From NCBI GenBank assembly GCA_018814025.1, contig JAHJAM010000002.1:2798-66797 (forward strand): a stretch of DNA of 64,000 nucleotides, written 5' to 3'. The translations under genes and the position numbers were made by a program. Positions 28,146 to 36,992 of the stretch are shown here, in pieces. Each line of letters starts with the position of its first letter. The first letter of the stretch is position 1. This DNA comes from Patescibacteria group bacterium (GTDB taxonomy: Bacteria; Patescibacteriota; Patescibacteriia; UBA9934; GWF2-40-263). A model generated the notes under the pieces. It was not told the DNA's origin. It searched no databases and was given only the letters and a program-made list of their open reading frames with translations.

Positions 28146-29741
28146 ATGTCTCAAGCGATTTATCGAAAATATCGGCCCGGAAAATTCTCGGACGTGACCG
28201 GACAGGATCACGTGATTCAGACGCTGCAGAATCAAATTAAAAATGATTCGGTGGCGCATGCTTATCTTTTTACCGGTCCGCGCGGCATCGGCAAGACCAC
28301 GGTGGCTCGGTTGTTGGCGAAGGCCGTGAATTGCGAAAAGAGCAAAGATTTTGAACCGTGCAATGCATGCCCGGCTTGCGAGGATATCGCGGGCGGAGCG
28401 TCTTTGGACGTGGTGGAAATTGACGCCGCTTCCCAGACCGACGTGGAGAACGTGCGCGAGAATATTGTGAAAAGCGTGCGTTTCACGCCCAATCGTCTCA
28501 AGTACAAAGTTTATATCATTGACGAGGTTCACATGCTTTCCGCCTCTTCTTTCAATGCTTTGCTGAAAACTTTGGAAGAACCGCCGGCGCATGGCATTTT
28601 TATTTTAGCCACCACGGAAATTCACAAAGTGCCGCAGACCATCATCAGCCGCTGCCAGCGGTTTGATTTTCGCCGGATTCCGGTCCCGATGCTAGTGGCT
28701 CGGCTCATGGGAATCATCGATCAGGAGGGTATTAAAGTTGACGAGGATGTGTTGCAGGAAGTGGCGCGCCACGCGGACGGCTGCGCACGCGATGCGGAAA
28801 GTTTGCTGGGCCAGATTTTAGCCATGGCCGGCCAAGATTCAATCAGCATGGAAGCGGCCAGCTTGGTTTTGCCGGCCACGACCACGGTGTTGGTGCTGGA
28901 TTTTGTTGATTCGCTGGCGAATGATCAAGCCAAAGCCGCGATTGAACAATTGGATAATTATGTGGAACAGGGGATTGATATGCCCCAGTTTATGGATGAT
29001 GTAATCGATTTTTTCCGGATTTTGCTTTTTGCTAAAATGGGCAATCGCGATTTATTGGAAATGTCTTTTAACTCGGACACGGTAGCCGGCGCGGATCAAA
29101 TTTTACCGAAGCTGACTTTGAGTAAAATTACCCAAGCGATTGCCGCTTTTTTGGAAGCCCGGCGGCATATGAAGCTGGACAAGATTCCGCAGTTGTCCGC
29201 GGAATTGGCGGTTTTGGATTTGTGCGGGAAAAAGGTAGGTAGGGAAGAAGAAGGTAGGGTAGAAGACTCCAGCAAACTGGATTTTAAGGAACAGGGGGCT
29301 GGTTCGGGTTCGGAGAGAGAGGTTGGAAATAATCAACAAGAGTTGGAAACTAACGAGATAGTTGGAGAGGTTGAAAAAGAACCAACTGTTCCGATTCAAG
29401 CCAAAGAAACGGTTTTTGATTCCGTGCCCGTGATCGATTTGGCAGAAGTCAAAAGAAAGTGGCCGGATGTTTTTCAGCAATTAAAACAATGCAATGCGTC
29501 TTTGCCCATCATGATTCAAGCCGGCCAGCCTTCGGCCGTCAACGGCGACCAAGTGGAAATATCATTTGAATACGCCCTCTATGCGGACACCATGAATCGT
29601 GATAAGAATAAAAAACTTTTGGAAGAAGTGATGAAAAAAGTGATCGGCAAGCCGCTGCGGATTCACGCCAAGCATGAGAATTTGAAGGCGGATCAGGCCG
29701 TGTCGGATTTAATTGATCAATTTGGAGGATCAGTAGTGTAA
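28146..29741 (+). CDS. dnaX: DNA polymerase III subunit gamma/tau
   Basis: AYLFTGPRGIGKTT, the zinc module CNACPAC and DEVHML. The linker contains an in-frame GGTAGGTAGGGAAGAAGAAGGTAGGGTAG motif (29234-29265), which encodes KVGREEEGRVE. Confidence 0.95.
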   Translation: MSQAIYRKYRPGKFSDVTGQDHVIQTLQNQIKNDSVAHAYLFTGPRGIGKTTVARLLAKAVNCEKSKDFEPCNACPACEDIAGGASLDVVEIDAASQTDVENVRENIVKSVRFTPNRLKYKVYIIDEVHMLSASSFNALLKTLEEPPAHGIFILATTEIHKVPQTIISRCQRFDFRRIPVPMLVARLMGIIDQEGIKVDEDVLQEVARHADGCARDAESLLGQILAMAGQDSISMEAASLVLPATTTVLVLDFVDSLANDQAKAAIEQLDNYVEQGIDMPQFMDDVIDFFRILLFAKMGNRDLLEMSFNSDTVAGADQILPKLTLSKITQAIAAFLEARRHMKLDKIPQLSAELAVLDLCGKKVGREEEGRVEDSSKLDFKEQGAGSGSEREVGNNQQELETNEIVGEVEKEPTVPIQAKETVFDSVPVIDLAEVKRKWPDVFQQLKQCNASLPIMIQAGQPSAVNGDQVEISFEYALYADTMNRDKNKKLLEEVMKKVIGKPLRIHAKHENLKADQAVSDLIDQFGGSVV

Positions 29742-29757
29742 ATAACCTATTTGTCTT

Positions 29758-30294
29758 ATGGAAAATCAATCATCCGGGGGAATTATTTGGGTCGTAGCCG
29801 CTTTGCTGGTCATCGGCGGGGGAATTTACTTGTGGCAGGATGAAGGAGCAACATATCAAGCACCCGAGTCTGAAGAGTTTCAGCCTGTGGAATTAACTCA
29901 GGATTGGCAAAGTTCGGATTTGGGTTTTGCTTTGAAATTGCCGGACGGTTTTCAGATCAGCGAACGGCCGGACGGGATTTTGGTGGTTAAGGAATCAACT
30001 GAAGCCGAGCCGGAACCGAGGCCGGAATTTCAGGTTCAAGTCACCCAAGGAAATTTAGCTGATTTCAAAGTCGGTCGCGGTATTACTTTGTTAAGCGATG
30101 AAGAAGTAATCATCAACGGTGCGAAAGCCCGGAAGTTCGTGATTACGGCCGATTCTTTGCCCGCAGGCACGGAATGTGATTTTTACAGTTTTGAAAATCG
30201 GGGCATGATTTACGAGTTTAGCGAATATCAGTGCGTTGACTCGCCGATTTTTGAAGCCGTGCTAAATACCTTCGCCATAGTTTGGGAAAAATAA
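29758..30294 (+). CDS. hypothetical membrane-anchored or secreted protein
   Basis: N-terminal TM followed by a soluble domain; a terminator follows. Confidence 0.45.
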   Translation: MENQSSGGIIWVVAALLVIGGGIYLWQDEGATYQAPESEEFQPVELTQDWQSSDLGFALKLPDGFQISERPDGILVVKESTEAEPEPRPEFQVQVTQGNLADFKVGRGITLLSDEEVIINGAKARKFVITADSLPAGTECDFYSFENRGMIYEFSEYQCVDSPIFEAVLNTFAIVWEK

Positions 30295-30302
30295 TCAAAT
30301 TA

Positions 30303-30332
30303 AAAACACCTCGCGAAAGCGGGGTGTTTTTG
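30303..30332. terminator. bidirectional hairpin terminator
   Basis: acacctcgc-GAAA-gcggggtgt with A-run and T-run flanks. Confidence 0.5.
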
Positions 30333-30404
30333 GTTCCGGGACAAGGATTCGAACCTTGATTCTCAGGTCCAGAACCTGATGTCCTGCCGTTAGACGATCC
30401 CGGA
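30331..30404 (-). tRNA. tRNA-Gln (anticodon CUG)
   Basis: Cloverleaf with the same acceptor as the first tRNA-Gln, anticodon stem CAGGT/ACCTG, loop TCTGGAC and T-loop TTCGAAT. On the minus strand it is preceded by TTGACA-16/17-TAGTTT and the leader CGCACAT. Confidence 0.85.
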
Positions 30405-30638
30405 ATGTGCGTCAAAACTATCATTAATTATTCAGTTTGTCAAAGGCGAGGTCTTGATTATTCTCGGACGATTTCTTATACTACTGCTGTTTTTAAACCA
30501 ATAAATATCAATATGATGTCATTTCTTGCGGGGAGGAGAATAGCTCTGTATCCAAAGCGATACGCCGTGGTGGCTGCCGTGATCGGCAGTTTTGCGATTT
30601 TTCATAATGTTTTCGCTTCAGGCGGGGAGGAAAGCACC

Positions 30639-31934
30639 ATGTTCGCGCAGACTTTTTTCTGGATCGCGGTGATTTTAATTGCGGCGAAATTATCCAGCTT
30701 AGTGGAGCGATTCGGCCAGCCTTCGGTGTTGGGCGAACTGGTCATCGGGGTGATTCTCGGCAACTTGGCGCTCTTGGGCATCCATTCATTTGAACCGCTG
30801 CGCCAAAATGAAATTATTGCTTTCTTGGCCGAGCTGGGCGTGGTGATTTTGCTGTTTCAGATCGGTTTGGAATCCAATATCAATCAAATGAAGAAAGTGG
30901 GTTTGAAGGCATTTTTGGTGGCGACCGTGGGCGTGATCGTGCCATTTGTGCTGGGAACTTACGTGGTCGGTCCTTGGCTTTTGCCGGGTTTAACTGCCAA
31001 CGCTTATCTTTTCTTGGGCGCAACCTTGACCGCCACTTCCGTGGGCATTACCGCGCGCGTGTTTAAGGATTTGGGCAAGCTGCAGACTCCGGAAGCGCAA
31101 ATCGTGCTGGGCGCGGCCGTGATTGACGACGTGATGGGCTTGATTATTTTGGCCGTGGTGTCCGCGATTGTCACGATCGGCGCGGTCAGTTTGGGAACCG
31201 TGAGCATAATCGTGGCCAAGGCCGTGTTGTTCCTTGTCGGGGCGATCGTGATCGGCCAATTGATTGCTCCGATTTTGGGCCGATCGTTCTCACAAATTCA
31301 TACGGGCGTGGGCATGAAGTTTACGCTGGCGATTTGTTTCGGCTTGCTCATGGCTTTCTTGGCTCATTTGATCGGACTGGCGCCGATCGTGGGCGCCTTT
31401 GCCGGCGGCTTGGTTTTGGATCCGGTTCACTTCCGTTACTTTAAGGACCCTTCAATCGTGCGCGACGTGAAAGTGGCCGTGCGCGAGGCGGACGTGCACA
31501 CGCGCGAGCAAGTGCTCAAGGCAATCGAGCCGCACGCGCATCGGCATATCGAAGATATCATCGAACCCGTGGCTTTTTTCCTGGTGCCGATTTTCTTTGT
31601 CATGACCGGTTTCGGTGTGAAATTGGAAACCATGTTTGACCTGCCGATTCTGTTGACGGCTTTGGGCATTACGGCCGTGGCGTTTGTGGGCAAGATCGTG
31701 GCCGGCTTGGTAGCCGGCCAGGTGGACAAGAAAATCGTGGGTTTTGGCATGGTGCCGCGCGGGGAAGTGGGCTTGATTTTTGCCATGATCGGCAAGGGCT
31801 TGGGCGTGGTCAATGACGAGATTTTTAGCATCATCGTGATCATGGTGATCTTGACAACGCTTTTGACTCCGCCAATTCTGACTTACTTGATCAAGAAAGA
31901 AAAGAAGGCTGAGACTCGCGAAGCAACAGCATAA
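30639..31934 (+). CDS. CPA2-family cation:proton antiporter (Kef/NhaP-like)
   Basis: The TM1 motif AKLSSLVERFGQPSVLGELVIGVILG is present with 10-12 TM segments. The start was chosen at the ATG with strong SD GGGGAGGAAAG. The ORF-track start at 30405 would overlap the tRNA promoter, and 30513 is an alternative. Confidence 0.75.
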   Translation: MFAQTFFWIAVILIAAKLSSLVERFGQPSVLGELVIGVILGNLALLGIHSFEPLRQNEIIAFLAELGVVILLFQIGLESNINQMKKVGLKAFLVATVGVIVPFVLGTYVVGPWLLPGLTANAYLFLGATLTATSVGITARVFKDLGKLQTPEAQIVLGAAVIDDVMGLIILAVVSAIVTIGAVSLGTVSIIVAKAVLFLVGAIVIGQLIAPILGRSFSQIHTGVGMKFTLAICFGLLMAFLAHLIGLAPIVGAFAGGLVLDPVHFRYFKDPSIVRDVKVAVREADVHTREQVLKAIEPHAHRHIEDIIEPVAFFLVPIFFVMTGFGVKLETMFDLPILLTALGITAVAFVGKIVAGLVAGQVDKKIVGFGMVPRGEVGLIFAMIGKGLGVVNDEIFSIIVIMVILTTLLTPPILTYLIKKEKKAETREATA

Positions 31935-31995
31935 TATCCACAGAAAATCGATTGACAAACAGCAAAAATCGTGATGTGATGTCAGTACGATAAAT

Positions 31996-32027
31996 AAACT
32001 CCACCCTAAAATCGGGTGGAGTTTTGT
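31996..32027 (+). terminator. rho-independent terminator
   Basis: aaactccaccc-taaaat-cgggtggagtttt. Confidence 0.5.
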
Positions 32028-32091
32028 GTTTAACTTGAGCTGAGAAGATTAACGATAATTGTTACGATCGGATAAAAGTCCGTAAGGAAAT

Positions 32092-32637
32092 ATGAAGAAA
32101 TTTTTAGCACAAATTACTTTGATTGGAACGGCTTCAAAACACGTTGCTGATGATTTGTTAGTTGAGTTCGATCGTTGTTTGTATGGAGTAAATAATATTC
32201 GATCCGTAACACTAGCTTGTAACCCGCAAGGTGTTGAAATTTTCAAAGAGATTAAGGGTGCGAAAGAGCGAAGAAGAATTAAAGAGGCCTTTCAATCTCT
32301 AAAACAAAAGAGGCTGATAAAAATTGAGAAGCAGGCAAAAAAAATATCAATCTCATTAACAAGAAAAGGGAAATTGCAATCTTTAAGACACCAAATTTTA
32401 ACCGAGAATAAACAGCTGTCAGAAGATGATGTTTGTGTGATTGTTTTTGATATTCCAGAGCATGTTAGAACAATACGGGATCAGTTGCGTCACTTTTTGA
32501 AAAAAGCCGGTTGTACTCAATTACAGCGGAGTGTCTGGACTACAACAATAGATATTATTCGACCTCTCAAAGCTCTATTAAAGTCTATGAAAGCAGAGAA
32601 ATGGATTCATGTTTTTCAAGGTCAGTCGGTATTTTGA
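32092..32637 (+). CDS. orphan protein with central winged-helix and C-terminal Cas2/VapD-like domain
   Basis: LIKIEKQAKKISISLTRKGK has a wing-like wHTH pattern. VCVIVFDIPEHVRTIRDQLRHFLKKAGCTQLQRSVW resembles the Cas2 core (YDI...R.RL...L...G.R.Q.SVF). The gene is AT-rich and no CRISPR array is nearby. Confidence 0.4.
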   Translation: MKKFLAQITLIGTASKHVADDLLVEFDRCLYGVNNIRSVTLACNPQGVEIFKEIKGAKERRRIKEAFQSLKQKRLIKIEKQAKKISISLTRKGKLQSLRHQILTENKQLSEDDVCVIVFDIPEHVRTIRDQLRHFLKKAGCTQLQRSVWTTTIDIIRPLKALLKSMKAEKWIHVFQGQSVF

Positions 32638-32640
32638 TCC

Positions 32641-32673
32641 TACGAAGTTTTTTACGATCGTAAAAAACTTCGT
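32641..32673. repeat. 33-bp perfect palindrome TACGAAGTTTTTTACGATCGTAAAAAACTTCGTA
   Basis: Second copy of the 16081 palindrome with compensatory arm changes. It begins 4 nt after the stop of gene 32092..32637. Confidence 0.8.
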
Positions 32674-32786
32674 ACGCCGTGCAGTCGGCGTTTGATTCTT
32701 CATGCATTCGAGGGTTCGGGATTTTAAGATCGAATGTTTTTCTGTTATGATGCTTTTGACAAGGCTGAGAGCCAAAGCTAGAAAAC

Positions 32787-32811
32787 CACCCGATTCGGGT
32801 GGTTTTGTGAT
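32787..32811 (-). terminator. terminator of rimK-like gene
   Basis: aaaaccacccg-attc-gggtggtttt. Confidence 0.5.
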
Positions 32812-33705
32812 TTATTTAATTTTGCTGGCCGCGAAGTCGATGAGCGCGCCGGCGATATCTATTTCCGTGACTTTTTGCAGTTCTTGGAAGCCGGGGTTGG
32901 CGTTGACCTCCAGCACTTGCGGGCCTTGGCTGGTGCGGACAAAATCCACACCCGCGATATCCAGTTTGAAAATTTCCGCCACTTTGATGGATAAATTAAT
33001 TTCATCTTCAGTCAATTCCGCTTTGGTGGCTTGGCCGCCCAAGGAAGCATTGGCCCGGATATCGCCGGGGCGAGCATGGCGCTCCATGGCCGCGATCACT
33101 TGGCCGCCGACCACGTACGCGCGATAGTCTTGGCGATTGGCTTCTTGTACAAATTCTTCAATGATGACCGGGGCATGGTCGCGGATATGAATATAATCCA
33201 CAATCGGCTGCAGAGTTTCGGAATTTTCCGCGTAAAATACGCCTTTGCCGTGCGTGCCAAAACTGGTTTTGATGATGATGGGCCAGCCAATTTGTTCGGC
33301 GAGTTTAATGGCGCCGTCGGCGGTGCGAGCAATGCCCCACTTGGGCGTGGGAATATCATGCTTATAAAAAGTGGCATGCTGATCCAGCTTGTTTTTGGTT
33401 CGAGACAGATTGGAAAGATTGTTGACGATTAGATAACCGGCTTCGGCCAGAAGTTCCGGCGTGTAAGTATTCAAGGTCGGCTCTTCAGTAATATTGGGAC
33501 GGGCGATGATGGCATCAATTTGCCCCAGTGGATGGCCGTCGTGCAAAACTTCGATGCTGTGGCCGTTTTTTCGAAAAGTTAAATATTCTTGATACAAGCG
33601 CACCATGTTAAAACCCTTTTTTTCTCCGGCTTCCACAATTTGATCGATGGAAGCGTAAGAGTCGAAAGCGGGTTTTCGAAAAGCGAGTATGCCGATGGTT
33701 TTCAT
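32812..33705 (-). CDS. RimK-family ATP-grasp ligase
   Basis: ATP-grasp motifs; 297 aa. Confidence 0.75.
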   Translation of the reverse strand: MKTIGILAFRKPAFDSYASIDQIVEAGEKKGFNMVRLYQEYLTFRKNGHSIEVLHDGHPLGQIDAIIARPNITEEPTLNTYTPELLAEAGYLIVNNLSNLSRTKNKLDQHATFYKHDIPTPKWGIARTADGAIKLAEQIGWPIIIKTSFGTHGKGVFYAENSETLQPIVDYIHIRDHAPVIIEEFVQEANRQDYRAYVVGGQVIAAMERHARPGDIRANASLGGQATKAELTEDEINLSIKVAEIFKLDIAGVDFVRTSQGPQVLEVNANPGFQELQKVTEIDIAGALIDFAASKIK

Positions 33706-34649
33706 AGTTGGTTGAGGATTTGATCAAGTTCTTCCAAGGTTTTGACCTGGACGAGTTGCTGGCGGAATATTTTTACGCCCGGAACTCCTTTAAAATAATT
33801 GACTAAATGTTTGCGGAAAGTGACCATGCTGTTCGGGCCGTAATGCTCGACATGCAGCCGGGCGTGCATTTTGGCCACGCGGATTCTTTCAGCCAGTGAA
33901 ACTTCTTTAATCGGTTGGCCGCTTAAGAAATCCGCGACCTGTTGGAAGATCCAGGGGTTGCCTAAAGCCCCGCGGGCGATAAGTATACCATCGGCTTTGG
34001 TTTGGTCAAGAGCTTTTTGCGCTAATTCCGGCGAAGTAATGTCCCCGTTGGCCAGTACCGGAAGCGAAACAAGTTCTTTGACCCGGCGAATGATGTCCCA
34101 GTCGGCCCGGCCCGCATAAGCCTGTTTTTTGGTACGGCCGTGAATGGTGATTAAGTCCGCGCCGGCTTGTTCTAAAACTTGAGCAAATTCCAGGATTTCT
34201 TTTTTATCACTCCAGCCGGTGCGGGTTTTGACCGAGACCGGAACATCAACCGCGGCTTTGACGGCTTTGACAATCGCAGCCGCTAATTCAGGATCCTTCA
34301 TTAAGGCACAGCCGTGGAAGTTGCCGGTAAGTTTTTTGGCCGGACAGCCCATGTTAAGATCGATGAACTCGGGATTTTGGCGTGCCATGACGATTTTCGC
34401 GGCTTGGGCCATTATTTCCGGATCGCGCCCGAAAATTTGTTGAACCAGGGGCCGTTCCTCATCATGAATATCCAACATTTTTAAAGTTTTCTCATTGCCG
34501 TGAACAAGCGCATCCGCGGAAACCATTTCCCGAAAAATAATTGGCGATGACAAAGATTTGACCACGCGGCAAAACGGGGAGTCGGTCATCTCGGCCATGG
34601 GCGAGAGCCCAATGATCGGGCGTCTGATTGTTTTCCAGTCAGGCTTCAT
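33702..34649 (-). CDS. tRNA-dihydrouridine synthase
   Basis: LSPMAEMTD...NMGCP TIM-barrel FMN motifs. The stop overlaps the rimK start. Confidence 0.85.
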   Translation of the reverse strand: MKPDWKTIRRPIIGLSPMAEMTDSPFCRVVKSLSSPIIFREMVSADALVHGNEKTLKMLDIHDEERPLVQQIFGRDPEIMAQAAKIVMARQNPEFIDLNMGCPAKKLTGNFHGCALMKDPELAAAIVKAVKAAVDVPVSVKTRTGWSDKKEILEFAQVLEQAGADLITIHGRTKKQAYAGRADWDIIRRVKELVSLPVLANGDITSPELAQKALDQTKADGILIARGALGNPWIFQQVADFLSGQPIKEVSLAERIRVAKMHARLHVEHYGPNSMVTFRKHLVNYFKGVPGVKIFRQQLVQVKTLEELDQILNQL

Positions 34650-34751
34650 AACGGGGGAATAATACTGGATTAAGCGCGGTTGTTCAAGGGTTGTGGAAAG
34701 GAGCCAGAGGAGCTAAACTAATGATACGGAGCTAATTGAGCTAAAAAAATT

Positions 34752-34973
34752 ATGACGCAATATTTAATGTTAGATCGGGAGCAGTTATTTCAGGAGATCG
34801 TGGAAAACGGCCGCGCCCAAGGCGTGGTGGATCAAGAGGCCTACCATTCGTTGGTGGACTCCATGGTCGAGGGGCACTTGGAAGTGGGTGAGTATGATAA
34901 GGACCAGGCCTTGCCAGAGCTGATTGAGGACTTGAAAGCCCGCTGGAGTGATTATCAAAAGACTTTGGAATAA
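34752..34973 (+). CDS. small acidic hypothetical protein
   Basis: 73-aa ORF preceded by a GGAGCTAA array; a terminator follows at 34985-35015. Confidence 0.35.
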   Translation: MTQYLMLDREQLFQEIVENGRAQGVVDQEAYHSLVDSMVEGHLEVGEYDKDQALPELIEDLKARWSDYQKTLE

Positions 34974-35032
34974 AGCAAAAAACAGCGCCAAGCATGGACA
35001 GAGCGCTGTTTTTTGTTTATGATTGGCCCATT

Positions 35033-36823
35033 ATGTCCGACCTGTCACACATTAGAAACTTCTGCATCATCGCCCATATCGACCACGGCAAGTCGACCTT
35101 ATCGGATCGGCTGCTTGAGGTCACAGGCACAGTGGAAAAGCGGAATATGAAAGAGCAGATGTTAGATTCCATGGATATCGAGCGCGAGCGCGGCATCACC
35201 ATTAAATTGGCGCCGGCGCGCATGGAATATCGCGGCCTGACTTTGAACTTGATTGATACGCCCGGACACGTGGATTTTAATTACGAAGTTTCTCGCTCTT
35301 TGGCGGCCGTGGAAGGCGCGATTTTGCTCGTGGATTCAACTCAGGGCGTGCAAGCGCAAACCATTGGCAATTTGTATTTGGCTTTGGATGAAGATTTAAC
35401 CATCATTCCGGTTTTGAACAAGATTGATTTGCCGGCCGCTGATATCCCCAAGCGCACGCAGGAAATTGTGAAGCTGCTGGGCTGCGATCCGGCGGAAATT
35501 CTGTCAGTCAGCGGCAAAACCGGCGAGGGTGTGCCGGAATTGCTGGAAGCGATCGTGAAACGCATCCCGCCGCCCAGCGGTGATGAAAAAGCGCCAGCCC
35601 GGGCTTTGGTTTTTGATTCCAATTACGATGATTATAAAGGCGTGGTCGCGTATGTGCGCGTGGTGGACGGGAGTTTTAAAATCGGCGATAAAATTGAATT
35701 CATGGCCAATAACGCCGAAGGCGAAATTTTGGAAACCGGTGCGCTGGGGGTGGGCGGCTACCACAAACAGCCGGTTTTGGCCACCGGGCAAATCGGCTAC
35801 ATCGTCACCGGCTTGAAAGACATTCAAGCTTGCCGGGTGGGCGATACCGTCACTCATTTGAAAAACCCGGCCACTGAATTGCTGCCCGGTTACAAGGTGG
35901 TCAACCCCATGGTTTTTGCCGGCGTGTTTCCCAAAGTGGGCGATGACTTTCCGCGCTTGCGCGAGGCCATGGAGCGTTTGAAATTAAATGATTCCGCTTT
36001 GACTTATGAACCGGAACATTCGCCGGCCTTGGGCTATGGTTTCCGTTGCGGATTGCTGGGCATGCTGCATTTGGAGATTTTGAAAGAGCGCTTGATGCGC
36101 GAGTTTGATATTGATTTGGTGGTGACCGTGCCGTCGGTGGCATATCGCTTAACAACCAGGGGCAATAACGTGGTGATTATCAAGAGCCCGATCGAGTTGC
36201 CTGACGGGTCTCATATCACGTCAATTGAAGAGCCTTGGGTCAAAGCGGATATCGTGACTCCCAATGACCACGTGGGCGCGGTCATGCAGTTAGTGCAGGA
36301 TCGGCGGGGAATCTATATGAATACCGAATATCTGTCCGAGAATCGGGCGATTTTGCATTACGAAATTCCTTTGGCCATGGTGATTGTGGATTTTTACGAT
36401 AAATTGAAAAGCGTGACTTCCGGTTATGCCTCTTTGAATTATGAGGTGGTTGATTATCGAATCGCCAACGTGGTGCGCATGGATATTTTGGTGGCCGAAG
36501 AAATGGTGGAAGCGTTTTCCATGCTGGTTTATCGAGATGAGGCGGAACGGGCCGGCCGCCGAATCGTCAACGCTCTAAAAGATTCTATTCCCAGACAAAA
36601 TTTCGTGATAAAATTACAGGCAGCCGTGGGCGGCAACATCGTGGCGGCGGAGAAAATTTCCGCCATGCGAAAAGACGTGACGGCGAAGTTGTACGGCGGA
36701 GACGTAACGCGGAAACGAAAGCTGTTGGAAAAACAAAAGAAAGGCAAAGCTAAAATGATGGAGCTGGGAAAAGGCAAAGTGAATATCCCGTCCGACGCTT
36801 GTTTGAAAGTATTAAAACGCTAA
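35033..36823 (+). CDS. lepA: elongation factor 4
   Basis: IRNFCIIAHIDHGKSTL and the DTPGHVDF G-domain, plus the LepA C-terminal domain. The start was re-set to MSDLSHIRNF. Confidence 0.95.
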   Translation: MSDLSHIRNFCIIAHIDHGKSTLSDRLLEVTGTVEKRNMKEQMLDSMDIERERGITIKLAPARMEYRGLTLNLIDTPGHVDFNYEVSRSLAAVEGAILLVDSTQGVQAQTIGNLYLALDEDLTIIPVLNKIDLPAADIPKRTQEIVKLLGCDPAEILSVSGKTGEGVPELLEAIVKRIPPPSGDEKAPARALVFDSNYDDYKGVVAYVRVVDGSFKIGDKIEFMANNAEGEILETGALGVGGYHKQPVLATGQIGYIVTGLKDIQACRVGDTVTHLKNPATELLPGYKVVNPMVFAGVFPKVGDDFPRLREAMERLKLNDSALTYEPEHSPALGYGFRCGLLGMLHLEILKERLMREFDIDLVVTVPSVAYRLTTRGNNVVIIKSPIELPDGSHITSIEEPWVKADIVTPNDHVGAVMQLVQDRRGIYMNTEYLSENRAILHYEIPLAMVIVDFYDKLKSVTSGYASLNYEVVDYRIANVVRMDILVAEEMVEAFSMLVYRDEAERAGRRIVNALKDSIPRQNFVIKLQAAVGGNIVAAEKISAMRKDVTAKLYGGDVTRKRKLLEKQKKGKAKMMELGKGKVNIPSDACLKVLKR

Positions 36824-36824
36824 T

Positions 36825-36920
36825 ATGAAACGCAAAAAATTATTCAAAATGGTTTGGGCCGCGGCTTGCATTATGGTGATTGTGAGCATGCTGGGATTCA
36901 CTTTTATCTTGGGGGCTTAG
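36825..36920 (+). CDS. candidate small hydrophobic peptide (31 aa)
   Basis: MKRKKLFKMVWAAACIMVIVSMLGFTFILGA. Its ATG overlaps the lepA stop (TAATATG). It is shorter than the ORF-track cutoff and is a low-confidence call. Confidence 0.25.
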   Translation: MKRKKLFKMVWAAACIMVIVSMLGFTFILGA

Positions 36921-36992
36921 TTGAGGGAACTAAAGGTGCTAGGGGAGCTAAAGGAGCTAGTCTGACTACTTTAATTTCTTCACGAGTTTCCC

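Noticed and set aside
30405-30638. N-terminal extension of the antiporter ORF (ORF-track start 30405, alternative ATG 30513)
   Set aside because: The region has no SD, and it contains the tRNA-Gln(CUG) promoter on the other strand. A strong GGGGAGGAAAG SD precedes the ATG at 30639, which also coincides with the start of TM1.
32092-32637. A CRISPR-Cas locus, inferred from the Cas2-like protein
   Set aside because: No direct-repeat/spacer array and no other cas genes are present anywhere in the window. I treated the gene as an orphan Cas2/VapD-fold protein.
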